From positions 1 to 64,000 of the forward strand of contig CAUYUJ010000214.1 of the NCBI GenBank assembly GCA_963575745.1: a stretch of DNA of 64,000 nucleotides, written 5' to 3'. The notes under the pieces were generated by a model that was not told where the DNA came from, ran no database searches, and saw nothing but the letters and a program-made list of their open reading frames with translations. This document shows positions 24,910-37,307 of this stretch, piece by piece. The position numbers and the translations under genes were made by a program. The DNA comes from Prorocentrum cordatum (taxonomy: Eukaryota). The stretch's first letter is position 1, and each line of letters opens with the position of its first letter.

Positions 24910-25582
24910 ATCCTCTGGGCCATAATGCGCGTTATGTCCCCTCCCCCCCCATTCTCCCCTCCCCCACTCTATGCCTCGAAGGGTTCCCCCAATATCCGCC
25001 CCGCGGTTCCCCCAGTTACGTCCCCTTAGCTTAGCGTTGCTTATCTCATCTTAGCTTAGCTTATTTGATCTTAGCTTAGCTTAGCTAAGCTTAGCTTAGC
25101 ATAGCGCAGCGCTGCATTAGCATAGCATAGCATAGCATAACATAGCCAACCATCTCATAGCATAGCATAACATAACGCAGCATATCATAGCACAGCATAG
25201 CATAGCACATCACCTTATAACATAACATATCATAACATAGCATAGCGCAGCTTAGCATATCATAGCATATCATATCATGTCATAACATATCGGATCATAG
25301 CTTAACATATCGCAACACAGCATGCCATATCATAGCTTATCACACCATATCATTTCATATCATATCATATCATAGCATAGCGTAGCCTAGCATATCATAT
25401 CATATCATAACATAGCATAACAACACATATCGCAGCATAGCATGGTATAACATAGCATAGCATAGCATAGCAACTAATGCTGCTTTCCTAGGGGCTCCAA
25501 CTTCTAGGTAGGGTCGCACTGGGGTAATCCTCTGGGCCATAATGCGCGTTATGTCCCCTCCCCCTCATTCTCCCCTCCCCCA
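24910..25582 (+). repeat. Pentamer satellite (GCTTA/GCATA/TCATA) bracketed by ~57 bp direct repeats
   Basis: ATCCTCTGGGCCATAATGCGCGTTATGTCCCCTCCCCC..CATTCTCCCCTCCCCCA at 24910-24966 and 25527-25582; satellite at 25026-25471. Confidence 0.85.
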
Positions 25583-27358
25583 TAACGTACACACTGTTAA
25601 TTTCCATTTCTTCGAAAGTTCTTTGATTTTTTTGGGGGGCCAAGTTCCTTTCATTTCTAATTGTTCTATCCTGGGCCTCTTCCTGGCCACTAGGGAACCA
25701 GGCACAATTAGAAACGAGCGCACTTAGAAATGAGCACGATTAGAAATGAACGACGTGTAACGCCCCCCCCCTCAGTGCGCCCCCGGCACTGCCGCAGTGC
25801 GTCGGGCGCCACAGTCTGGGGAGGTGGGGCGCTGCGTAATGCCCCCTCCTGTCCCCCCCCCATAGAGCCCGCTATGACCGCGGATCAAACAAAATACGCT
25901 CCAAGAGGGCTTCAAGAAGGCTCCAAGACGGCCTCAAGACGGCCAACCAGGGCTTCCAGAGGTGCCCAGTTTTGGCCTCCTAGATTGGGTCGGGGTAGAT
26001 GGGGTCAGAGGATCGCGCCGCATCGCTGATGCATCGGCGATGCGGCTCGATGTGGGGCCTAATTTTCTTCACGCCGACGGCCCCAGCGCCAGCCCATGGG
26101 GAGCGCCAAGACTATCGGCGGCGGGTCTCCTGCGTCTCTGCAGGCGCTGCAGGATGGCGCATTAGGGGGGCCCGAAAGCGGTCTTCGGTGCGGCCTTCGA
26201 GAGGTCCCCAAGATCGAAGAACAACAAACGACATAAACATTAACTTTTGGAGCTCTGCGCGGCGGATTTCTTGGATCGGCGCTGGGCCCCCCTCCCTGGC
26301 GCGTGTAGCGCGCCAGGGGCGGCGCCGGAGGCGCCGCCGGGTGGGCCCAGCGCAGATCGAGAAAATCCGTGCAGAGCTCCAAAACTTTATCGGCCCATTG
26401 ACAAAGCGATCGTTGTCTGATTCATTGTTTTGCAGATCGGCGCGGGCCCTCGCACTCCCCTCCCCACTCCTGGAGCAGATCTTGGCTGCTTCTGGCAGCG
26501 GCCCATGGCGCTTCCAAGAGGGGCCCAGCAGGGCCTCGTCTAGCCGAAGGGTGCCGAGCGGGCGGTGCAGGAGGCCCAGCGGCTGCACGTGAGCTCTGGG
26601 ACGGCTGCTGCATACAGGGGCGCCTTTAAGGAGCGCTTCCCGTTGTGCCAACAGGCGGTTTCACGAGGGATCGTGGCCCTGTGGGGGCGCGGACCCGGCG
26701 CAGCTCACGAGGGTTAAGGGGGGCACGAATCCCGACGCCGCTCCCTACCCACCCTAGGCTGGTTTTAAGTTGCTTTGCGCTGTGCGGGAGACTTGTAGCC
26801 TCGCAGGATGGGCCCGGGGGGGCAGCACGCAGCTATTGTATTGCTTCCTACATCTCCACGGCGTAATATCTTCTGGCGCGCCGTGTGAATCGGCTCACAC
26901 GCCGTGTGAATCGGCTCACACGCCGTGTGATCTCCAGCAGTGCCGTGTGAATCGCCTCACACCCTGGAGACCCCACGAGGGCCAGCGGACGTTCGCTGCA
27001 TCTCCAGACGCTGATCACTCTGCATCTCCAGACGCTGATCACTGATTGCTTCTAGGACCGTGCGTGGGCGCGCAGTAGTATATCTGTTGGACTGGGTATT
27101 TCTTCGGCGAGCAATTATGACAAAACACATAGCTTATTCCGTGCGCCAGGGCTTTTATCACGAATTGATTGCCACGCTCGGCACAAGCAGACATGCTGCT
27201 GCAGTAAAACGCTCATCATCCCCCTCGGAGGAATGTATGGAAGGTCACCGTCTGTCTGCTCCGACGGGCATCAACATATTTAAACATATTTAGTGATGCG
27301 ATCGGCAGCTTTACGGCATCGACGAACCGTTGAATTGCAAGAGTGCCCCCCCATCCAG

Positions 27359-27453
27359 GCGAATTCATGAAGATGGCCAAGAGGGAGCTGGCGCCCTTGA
27401 ACGTGCACGAGAATTGTGACTTGAAGCTGAAGATCTCGGGTCTTGAGACGGAG
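27359..27453 (+). CDS. Candidate exon F (G/EFMKMAKRELAPLNVHENCDLKLKISGLETE)
   Basis: CATCCAG|GC acceptor (phase 1), open protein-like frame, GAG|GTTCAG donor (phase 0; alternative end 27459). Confidence 0.62.
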
Positions 27454-28564
27454 GTTCAGGTCGGGCTCAGGGTCTGGAACTGAGGGTGCGGGAGGAGGAG
27501 GTGGGTCTCGCACAACAGAGATCTTACAATCTTCACGATGGGTCCAATGAGATCTTGGCAGTGTCTGGTCACGCTGCGTCACCAACTGCTCGGCTACGTG
27601 AGTTGTCCTACAGCAGGCGCGCACAGCGAGAAATACGGCTGTACGACGCCCAGAGGTATACAGTCAACGCGCCTCTTAGGGACGCGCGCCTTCATCTAGG
27701 GTACCCTTGAGTCCTTGCCTCTGCGGCCCGTCCTTCGCTGTTTTCACTGGCCGCCCCCCGCCCCCAAAAATCCAACTTCGGCCTCCAAGGGTCCTGCGTC
27801 CTTACCACCCGTCCTTAATACACGTTTTGACTGTAGTCATTGTTTCTATGATTTTTTTGAGGCGCCCCGGGACTTCAGAAGAGGATGGAAAAGAGCAGGA
27901 AAATACGACGCGGAAAACAAGGGCGGCGACGGACTGGCGCCGTCGTGCGAATCCTCTCGGGGGCCTGCGGGAGGGAGTTTGGATGCTTCTGGGGAGTGGT
28001 TTGGGGGCCTCTTGGGGGCCTCTTTGGGACTTCTAGGGGGGCCTCTTGGGCGCCTCTTGGGGCCTCTTGGGGGCCCCGGGGCCTGCGCGTGGCAGGGAGC
28101 TGCCGTGGGGCCGCGGCCGGCAGGGGCGGCGGCTCCTCACGGCGTGTGCCTGCCGCGCTGCCCCGAGCTGTGGTGCTCTGCGCTCTCCAGCTGGGGCCCC
28201 GGGGGGGCTCTTCCCCCCCCCACCTGGCATCGCTCGGACGTGTGCATCTTTTTCTCGGCGAGAACCATCGAGGACCATCCTGGACCATCGAGCAGCACAA
28301 AACACGCGCGAAACCGAACACTGCACAGGGAGTGGACGTCCGAGCGATGGCAAGCCCATCCCCCGAGAGCGCGGGCGGGAGCGTGCGCAGAGGGGGAAGC
28401 GGAGGAGGAGGAGGCGGAGGGATGGATGGAACCGGGGGGGGCAGACCGAGGAAGAGAAGGGCGGAGGAGGAGGAGGCGGAGGAGGAGGAGGAGGAGGAGG
28501 AGGCGGAGGAAGGAGAGAGGAGGAGGGAGGGGGGAGGAGGAGGGAGGGGGAGGAGGTGGGAGGC

Positions 28565-28698
28565 GTGATGAGGATGAGGAGGATGATGATGGGGGTGATG
28601 ATGATGCTGATGATGATGCTGATGATGATGATGATGAGGATGATGAGCATGATGAGGATGATGATGATGATTCTGATGATGATGGCGATGATGATGGC

Positions 28699-28775
<77 letters not shown>

Positions 28776-29746
28776 TGATGATGATGATGATGATGATGAT
28801 GCCGTGACTGCTTATAATGGTGATGAGCATGCTGATGATTATGCTCATGGTGGTGGTAATGATGATGGTGATGATGATGTTGAGGATGATTGTGATGATG
28901 ATGCTGCTGATGCTGATCATGATAGTGTGGGCCCCATAATGATGGTCAGTGTGATGAGTATCATGATGAGGGTGATGACGATGATAATGATTATGATGAT
29001 GATGATTCTGATGATTGTGCGAATGATAATCATGATGCCGACGACGAGGACGATGGACATCTCGATGATAACGATGGTGATGATGATGCAGCTGATGATG
29101 ATGATTATTATGAAGAGGATGGTGGAGATGCTGCTGATGGTAAGGATGCTGATGATGATGCGGGAATGATGAAGATGGCGATGAAGATGACAATGACGAT
29201 GACGACGATGATGATGCTGCTGCTGATTATGATGATGCTGCTGATGATGATGGCGATAATGACACTGATGATGTCAATGATGTTCTTGATGATGATGCTG
29301 ACGATGACGACGATGACGACGATCAGGATGATGATGACGATGACACTGATAATGATGATGATGATGACGATGATGGTGATGATGATGATACTGATGATGA
29401 CGACGATGCCGACCATGATGCTGCTGATGCTGCTGCGTCTGCTGATGATGGTGATGGGCATCACGACTTTGATGATTGCGATGCCGATGTCGATGCTGGT
29501 TATGATTATGATGGTGATGTTGATTACATGGTGCTGATGATGATGATTCTGATGACGATGGTGATGTGGATGCTGTTGATGATCATGACGGCGACGACAG
29601 TAATACTGTTGATGACGATGGTGATGATGATGTTTTATGGTCATGATCTTACAGTTGATGATGATTACGATGATGATGATGCTGGTGACACCGATCATGG
29701 TAATGACGATGATGATGTTGATGATGATGCTTCCGTTGATGATGAC

Positions 29747-29777
<31 letters not shown>

Positions 29778-30237
29778 GTGTTACTGCTGCTAGAGATGAT
29801 CAGGAGGATGAGGATGGGGTTGAGGATGAGGATGCGGATTCTGATGATGCTGCTGATGCTGATGATGATGATGATGATGGCGATACTGATGATGTTTATG
29901 ATGCTGATGGCGATGTTGATGCTGATGATGCTGACGATGATTCTGATGACGACGATGCTGGTGATGATGATCATGATGATGGTGGTGGTGGTGGTGGTCG
30001 CGATGTCGATGCTGCTTCTGATGATCATGATGATGATGATGACCATGATTATGATGATGATGCTGTTGCTGCTGATACTGATGCTCATGCTGCTGCTGCT
30101 GCTGATGATGATGATGATGATACTGAGGATGATGATGCTGATGATGATAATGCTGATGATACTGATTCTGATCATGTTACTAGTGATGATGCTGATGATG
30201 ATGATGATGACGATGATGATGATGATGATGATGACGA

Positions 30238-30271
<34 letters not shown>

Positions 30272-30273
30272 GA

Positions 30274-30307
<34 letters not shown>

Positions 30308-30315
30308 GGTGGTGG

Positions 30316-30350
<35 letters not shown>

Positions 30351-30357
30351 GTGGTGG

Positions 30358-30395
<38 letters not shown>

Positions 30396-30396
30396 C

Positions 30397-30453
<57 letters not shown>

Positions 30454-30470
30454 CGACGACGACGACGAGC
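28565..30470 (+). repeat. Degenerate (GAT)n field flanked by (GAG)n
   Basis: Directly visible. Confidence 0.97.
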
Positions 30471-32483
30471 AGGAGGAGGAGAAGGAGGAGAAGGAGGAGG
30501 AGGAGGAGAAGGTGGAGGAGGAGGGAGGACTTGGAGGAGGAGGAGGAGGAGGAGGAGGGAGGAGGAGGAGGAGGAGGAGGAGGAGGAGGAGGAGGAGGAG
30601 GAGGAGGGGGGGGAGCGCCGCACCCATCTCGGCAGACCATTCAAACGTTTCGTGGCACCATGTGCATTTCAGGAAGCTTTGCCGACGGACCCTGTGGTAG
30701 CGCCCGTATGGCCCGAGCTGCGTCCGTTTTGTGGTGCGCTTCCCATAAGGAGAGGCTCATGTCCTACGCCGCTCGTAGTTTCCTCGCCCCTCTCCTTCGT
30801 ATCACCTGCCTTGCGGTACTCGCAGATGCACATGGTTGGGTCCTCCGTCAGGCTAATTTCTATCCTTGGGGAGGTAGCGCCCATCACCCCACCCCTGCCC
30901 CTCCCCCCCCGCATTTGTCACGGTCACGATCACACTGAGGGTGGGGGGTGGACGCCTCCCCCTCCCCCCTCCTCACACTCACAGGCATGTGATGGCGCTC
31001 CAAGCTACTGCGGTGGTCATGCGCGCTGTGCACGCTTCGGTGCTCGCGCACCACCGTGCTGCTCACGGGCACACGGGCGCGCTCCGGCGCCCAGGTGCTT
31101 ACAGGCATCCTGCGGCGGCGCTGCTCTCCCGACCTCTGGTGCCCCTTGTGGCGCTCTGGTGCTCGCAGGCGTACTTGCGGTGCCTGCAGGCGTGCCGTGG
31201 CGCTTGCAATACAACGCGGCACTTGCTACGTTGCTGTGCTCGCAGGTTGCTGCGGAACTGAGCTGCTCAGCAGCCGAGGTTGAGTACCGGGAAGCTGGAC
31301 ACAAGGAAGGGGCCAGCACGGGCAAAAGTTGGAAGCACGTGTGGCCGTGTGCGTCTCCGGCGCGCGGCCCTCGGGTATGCTTCCGTCAGTTGGCTTCGGG
31401 ATGTATTTTTTGTTGCAGTTGGCCGATGGATGTGTGTGTGCGTGTGCGTGTTCAAACGATTTGGCTCCGGCTCCGGATGTGTTTCCAGCGATCGGCCCCA
31501 TTGCATTTCCACCTGATCGGACCTTATCCTCCTCGTCCGGAGGAGCACTAGCGGGGGTATCTCGGAGTGCGACCCCAGGCATGCAGGTCAGCACCTCCCC
31601 AGCAGCGACAGACGAGCTCAGAGGGACCGTCACTAGCGGGGGCATCTCGGCGTGCGGACCCTTAGGAGAGGAGCTTGCACAGATAAACGTCTTTGTCTTT
31701 CTCTGGAGCGCCGACAGGTGCACCACCACTGGGGCGACGAGTGGAAAACGAGGCCCCCCCAGAGACCACTAGAGTGTAATCCTTAAGGGCCCCTCCTCCC
31801 GCGAAGCGACAGTGGTAAGTGACCAGCATGGCCAGCATCACAAATTTGGAAGCCTCTCACACGCCGTGGCAATAATAGTTTTGCTCGCCCCTACTTACAC
31901 GCCGACCAGAGGGGGTACCTCAGAGGTGTATTGGAGTACTACAGAGGATTTGGATACAGAGTGCTGCAGCACAAAATTGTGTCGGACACTACGTTGCATG
32001 GTTCGGCCATCGGCCAGCACGTCCAGGAAGCGAAATGAGCCTAGAGAGGGAGGGGCTCTGTTCGAAGCGTGGGCGCAGCAGGACGTAGGTATAATAACAG
32101 TTCGGCCCCTCATCAAACGCTTGGCACGAGGGGGCCTCCTGCATTCTCTCCTCTCCCCCCTGCGTCGTGGAGTGAGGTCGTGTCGTCGTCCTCCCCCTGC
32201 TTGGGAGCCCTGCTCGCCCAGCGCGTCCCCCTCGGAATGGGCACGCGAGAGGGCCAACAGCTGCTCCCCCCGCACGGGCCCGTAGGGACTCGTACTCACA
32301 AGGTAGCGAGCCCCTCTTGCGGGGCCACCTCGGCGCTCGCCCCTGGGAGCGTCGGGTATGCCCCCTGCGGGCCCCATGAGAAAGAAGTCTGGGTCTGCGG
32401 CATACTAAATTCGCATGGGAATATTACAAGTCGTACCCCACAGCTCCTTCGTAGACATTTCGACGTTGACCCCCTTATGCGGA

Positions 32484-32592
32484 TGTCCTGTCCTGTCCTG
32501 TCCTGTCCTGTCCTGTCTTGTCCTTTCCTGTCCTGTCCTGCCTGTCCTGTCCTGTCCTGTCCTGTCCTGTTCTGTCCGGTCCTGTCCTGTCC
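32484..32592. repeat. (CCTGT)n pentamer microsatellite
   Basis: Directly visible. Confidence 0.95.
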
Positions 32593-33319
32593 TCCTCCCC
32601 CTTCTCCTCATTATGCAGGCTCTTGCCCTTCGAATTCAGGAGCGGGGGCAGGTTCGGAAGGATCGAGCCGCCGCAGAGTGCGGCTATTAACGCTACCGAT
32701 ACGTAGGACGATAATGCGGTGACATTAACCCAGCCGGCTTTCGCCGAGAATGCGGTGACTTCAACCCGGCCGGCCAATCGAGCACCGTTCTTTGTCGTGG
32801 AACAAACGGTCAGGCCTCCTGAGGACTCCAGGAAAACAAAAATCGTCCTCCTCATCTGTCCTTTTCCTTGTCTCCCTCAGCTTCCTTCCCCGCCCCCTCC
32901 TCCCCCCGCCTCCTCTTCCACCTCCTCCTCCTTCTCCTGCTCCCCTTCCCCCTCCGCCCGATGCCTTCTCACTCGATTCCCCCCTCCTCGTGCATGCCTC
33001 CGTCTTGCCCCGCCCTGGCCGTTCGAGGCCGCGCCGCCGTGGCGTCCCAGCAGCCGCGGTCGCCCCCCCGCGATGTCCCCGGGGCGCTCCCCGACTTCTG
33101 CCTTGGTCGGCCCCCTCCGGGCGGCCCCCGCGCCCCCAGGGCTCCCGACTCTTGCCCCAGTCAGCCCCAGGGCTCCCCGCTTTCCCCGCAGTCGCCCCCA
33201 CGGCCCCGGGTCGGCCCCGGGGCTCTGGGCCTCTACATCGGTCGGCCCCAGAGGGCCACCCTGGCCAGCTGGCAGGCCGTCTTGGCCATCTTGGGGTCCA
33301 CCTTGGGCCATCTTGAGGC

Positions 33320-35500
33320 CGCTCTGACATGGTTGCCACCGTGGGGGCCCCTTTGGGCACATGGGGAGGTCGCCATGCCAGATGCCTTCGGGTTCTGGTG
33401 TCCAGAGCCCGCCGATGTTTTGCATGGCGACCAGGGCAGGGCTTCTGTGGTCTCGGGGCCGCCACTGCAAGCGTCCTGGGGTTTTCGGCTGTCCGCGCCC
33501 GTGGGTTTCGGCACGGCGACTCCGAGTTGCCCCTGTGGGCCCGGGGGGCCGCCATGTCAAACGTCCTGGGGATTCGGCTTTGCCGAGCCCTGGGTCTCGT
33601 GACGTGTCGGCCCAGTTGGGGCGTGGGGGCTTTCCTAGGGGGGTGACCATGTCAAACATCCTGGGGTTCTGGCCGTGCCGAACCCAAGTTTTTGTTGGTG
33701 TTCGGGGGGTCGCCATGGCAAACTTTTCGGGGTTCTGGCTGCCAGAGCCGAGCCGTCTTTGACATGGCGACCCCGTGGGACTTCCATCGGATTCGGTTGG
33801 GGGTCGCCATGCCGAAAAACTCCATCGGTTCTGGCTGCCAGAACCGACACTTGTTGGCATGGCGACCCTATGGGGCCCCCTTTGACTTAAGGGGGTGGCG
33901 ACATGTCAAGCATCCTGGTGTTTTGGCAGCAACAACCCACGGAATTTGAACATGGCGACCCTGTGACAGGGGGGGCCCTTTGGATTCGGAGGTCGCCATG
34001 TCAAGCATCTTGGGGCTTACTGTTAGAGCCAACGGCTATTAGACATGTCGACCCTTTGGGGGTTCATTTGGACTTGGGGGGTCGTCGTGCCAAAAATCTT
34101 GGAGGTCTGGCTGCCGGCGACCGCTGGATTCGCCGACGGCTGCTTTCGCTCGGGTGCTTTCGCCCGGCTGGTTTCGCCCGGCTGGCTTCGCCGCTCGGCG
34201 AAGCCAGCTCCGTCGGCGAAGCCAGCTCCGTCGGCGAAGCCAGCTGCCGTCGGCGAAGCCAGCTGCTGTCGGCGAAACTGCCCAACCCGACCCGCCCGCT
34301 AGGGTCCGCCCGGCCGACCCGACCTGCCCGTTAGGGTTCGCGCGTGCTCGCTCGAGCGTGTCCCACACTGTAAGCACCGCCCGCCCGACACGACCCGCCC
34401 GTTAATTAGGGCCCGCCCGCCCGACCCGACCCGCCCGCTAGGGCTCGCGCGTGCTCGGTCGAACGCGCCCCACAGTTTAATGTCCCGCCCGATCCGACCC
34501 GACCCGCCCGTCAGGGTCCGCCCGCCCGACCCGACCCGACCCGCCCGCTAAGGTCCGCCCGCCCGACCCGACCCGCCCGCTAGGGTCCGCCCGGCCGACC
34601 CGACCCGCCCGTTAAGGTTCGCGCGTGTTCGGTCGAGCGCGCCCCACACTTTAATGTCCCGTCCGCCCGACCCGACCCCACCCGCCCGCTCAGGTCCGCC
34701 CGCCCGACCCGACCCGCCCCTCAAGGTTCGCACGTGCTTGGTCAAAGGTGCCCCACACGTCAATTTCCCGCCCGATCCGACCCGACCCGCCCGTCAGGGT
34801 CCGCCCGCCCGACCCGACCCGACCCGCCCGCTAGGGTCCGCCCGCCCGCGGCGACGACGGCGTCGGCGAAACCAGCGCCGGCGAAACCAGCGCCGTCGAA
34901 ACCAGCCGCTGGTGAAACCAGCGGGGCGAAACCAGCGGGGCGAAACCAGCACCGGCGAAACCAGCGCCGGCGAAACCAGCGCCGGCGAAACCAGCGCCGG
35001 CGAAACCAGCCGTCGGCGAAACCAACGGGGCGAAACCAGCTCATGCCTGGCTGCGAGTTCCGATGTAATGTTTTCCATGGCGATCCCGTGGGCCACCCCT
35101 TTGGCCTGAGGGGGCGCCGCTATGTCAAATATCCGAGTGTTCTGGCTGTTTGGAAGCCCGAGATGCTTGACATGGCGACCCTATCCCTGAGGACTCGGGA
35201 GGGTCGCCATGTCAAACATCTGCGGTTCTGTCGGTGCCAAACCTAGGGTTCTTTGAAATGGCGATCCCGCGGGGGGCCTTGCGTATTCGGGGGGCGGCCA
35301 TGTCAAGCGCCATGGGGTTCTGGAAGCCAGAACCAAAAGACCTTTCACATGGTGTCCCCAGGGAGTTCCCTTGGATTCGACTCATGGGGGGTCACCATGT
35401 CAAAAACCTTGGGTGTCCTGGTTGCCAGAGCCCGCAGATGTTTGACATGGCGACCCCACGGGGGCCCCTTTGGGCTCGGGGGGGTCGCCATGTTAGGACC
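33320..35500. repeat. Family D tandem array of ~90 bp hairpin units, interrupted at 34116-35047
   Basis: TTGACATGGCGACCC..GGGTCGCCATGTCAA inverted pairs recur, with a perfect pair at ~35167-35215. Partial solo copy at ~36718. Confidence 0.8.
34116..35047. mobile_element. Foldback/MITE-like insertion with modular TIRs and a (CCGACCCG)n core
   Basis: Left GGCgaccGCTGGaTTCGCC versus right reverse complement GGCatgaGCTGGtTTCGCC. GCTGGTTTCGCC units on the left, GGCGAAACCAGC units on the right. Flanks TGGCTGCC / TGGCTGCG. Confidence 0.5.
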
Positions 35501-36301
35501 CGTGGGGCTTCTGGGCCTGCCGAGAAAAAAGGATCTTCGACCTGGCGGCCCATGCGCGGGCGTCGGCCAGGCGTTCACGGGGGCCTCTGGGGGGAGAGCC
35601 TCCGGTGCGACGAGGAGGAAACGGAGGAGGAGGAGGAGGAGGATGAGGAGGAGGAGGAGGAGGAGGAGGAGGAGGAGGAGGAGGAGGAGGAGGAGGAGGA
35701 GGAGGCGAAGGAGGAGGAGGAGGAGGAGGAGGAGGAGGAGGAGGAGGAGGCGAAGGGGGAGGATGAGGCGGAGGCGGCGGGCTCGGGGGGCATGGGCTTC
35801 TGGCCGCCCAAGAGCGCCTCGGGAGGGGGGCGGTGCGCTGCCGCGCAGGCGGGGGCGGCGGACGCGGGTCAAGCGACGGAGAGAGCGAGGAGCGAACGAG
35901 TGTGGCTGTCTGGGCCAGTGACCGCGCGCTTGCGAGGGAGGATCTTGGGGGCCTGAGCAAGCGCGGGCCTATAGGTCTAACATGCCTGGGGGGGACGGCC
36001 CAAAAGGGGGCCCAAGAGGGCCGCAAGAGCGTCCTTCGAGCGCCTCTTACGTAGAGGGCCACAGCAGGCTCACCCAAAGAGAGCCACAGGAGGCTGCCAG
36101 GAGAGGGTTCCCCGCCACGTCTTGCGAATACAGTCGGACCGAGGCATCCAGATCGAGGTCTGTTCGGGGAGGGTGCCCTCGGGTTCTTCGTGCATGTTGG
36201 GCGGTCTTGTGCATCCTGGGGGGGGGGGGTACCCTTGGATGTTCTGTGTGTTTTGGCCGGCGCAGTGCCTCATGTTCCTGAGGGGTGGTCTTCTGGCCCA
36301 G

Positions 36302-36403
36302 GTCCGACGGCAGCGGGCCCGACGGGCCAAGACTTCCCCGGGTCCACCAGCGGTTCGCGAAGAGCCCCAGAGAGGTCCCGAGGAGCACCCGGAGATGCAG
36401 CAG
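36302..36403 (+). CDS. Candidate exon G (VRRQRARRAKTSPGPPAVREEPQRGPEEHPEMQQ)
   Basis: GCCCAG|G acceptor (phase 0, matching exon F) and CAGCAG|GTGCTC donor (phase 0). Confidence 0.5.
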
Positions 36404-37307
36404 GTGCTCAGTTTCTCGGGCTTCAGCGTTCTCGCCGGGACGGCCCCAGAGAACCCGCAAAAGGACCCCAAGAGGGCCACGGAGGAGGCCCAGGGATGCC
36501 AGGCGCATTCTTTTCCTCAGCATTCCATCTCCTGGGATTTGGTTTCTGCTATTCGTGTGACGCGTCATCGCACTCAGACGTGCACTCGCATTCGAATCCA
36601 TGCCTTGCGCCTTTTTCCCCTTTCATGGTCATCCCCAAGAAGGGCTTCCTATTACGATGATGCCTCCGCTGTATCCTGCTCCCCTCCCGCTTTCTGTTCT
36701 AAGTCCCCGGATCTTTGGCATGGCGACCCCCGAGTCCATGAACAAGATTTTTGGCCCTGGTTCCGGATGTGTTTGCAGTCGGTTACGTTTCCAGCTTCTT
36801 TGTGTTCGTGGCCTGGGGGACCTCGCGACGAGTGGCTGGAGGAGGAGAATAGACAGTGCCGATCCTCTTTGTCCGCCTCTTCTGCTTCGTCTTCATATCT
36901 TCCTCCTCCGCCTGTCTCCTGTATCAGTGTCAAGTTGCGCCTCCTCCTCGCCCCTCCTCCTCAGCCCCGCTCCTCCTCATCCTCCCGCTATTGCTTCTCG
37001 TGCCGCTGCTCCTGCTCCTCCTCCTGCTCATCCCTGTTCCCCTTGTCCTTCCGTCGCGCTTCGCACAGCGGGTCCTCCTCGCCAAGCAACGGGTTCTCCT
37101 CTTCCTGCTCCGCTGCTCCTCCTCCCCTTTTTCCCCGCCCTCCTTTTTGCCGTGCCCCCGAGGTGGCGCGGCGGCGCGGGGACGCGGCGTGGAAGCACCT
37201 GCCTGCCTCGATCCGGGAGGCGCCTCGTCGTCAGGAGGATCAGGGGCAATGGGATCGGAGGAGGAGGAGGAGGAGGACGAGAAGAAGAGGGAAGGGGGGG
37301 GCAGCAG

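Noticed and set aside
26879..26965. CRISPR-like 21 bp hairpin repeat
   Set aside because: The units are directly adjacent with no spacers.
33320..35500. CRISPR-like array of palindromic repeats
   Set aside because: The repeats are degenerate, the spacers are homologous to each other, no cas genes are present, and the context is eukaryotic.
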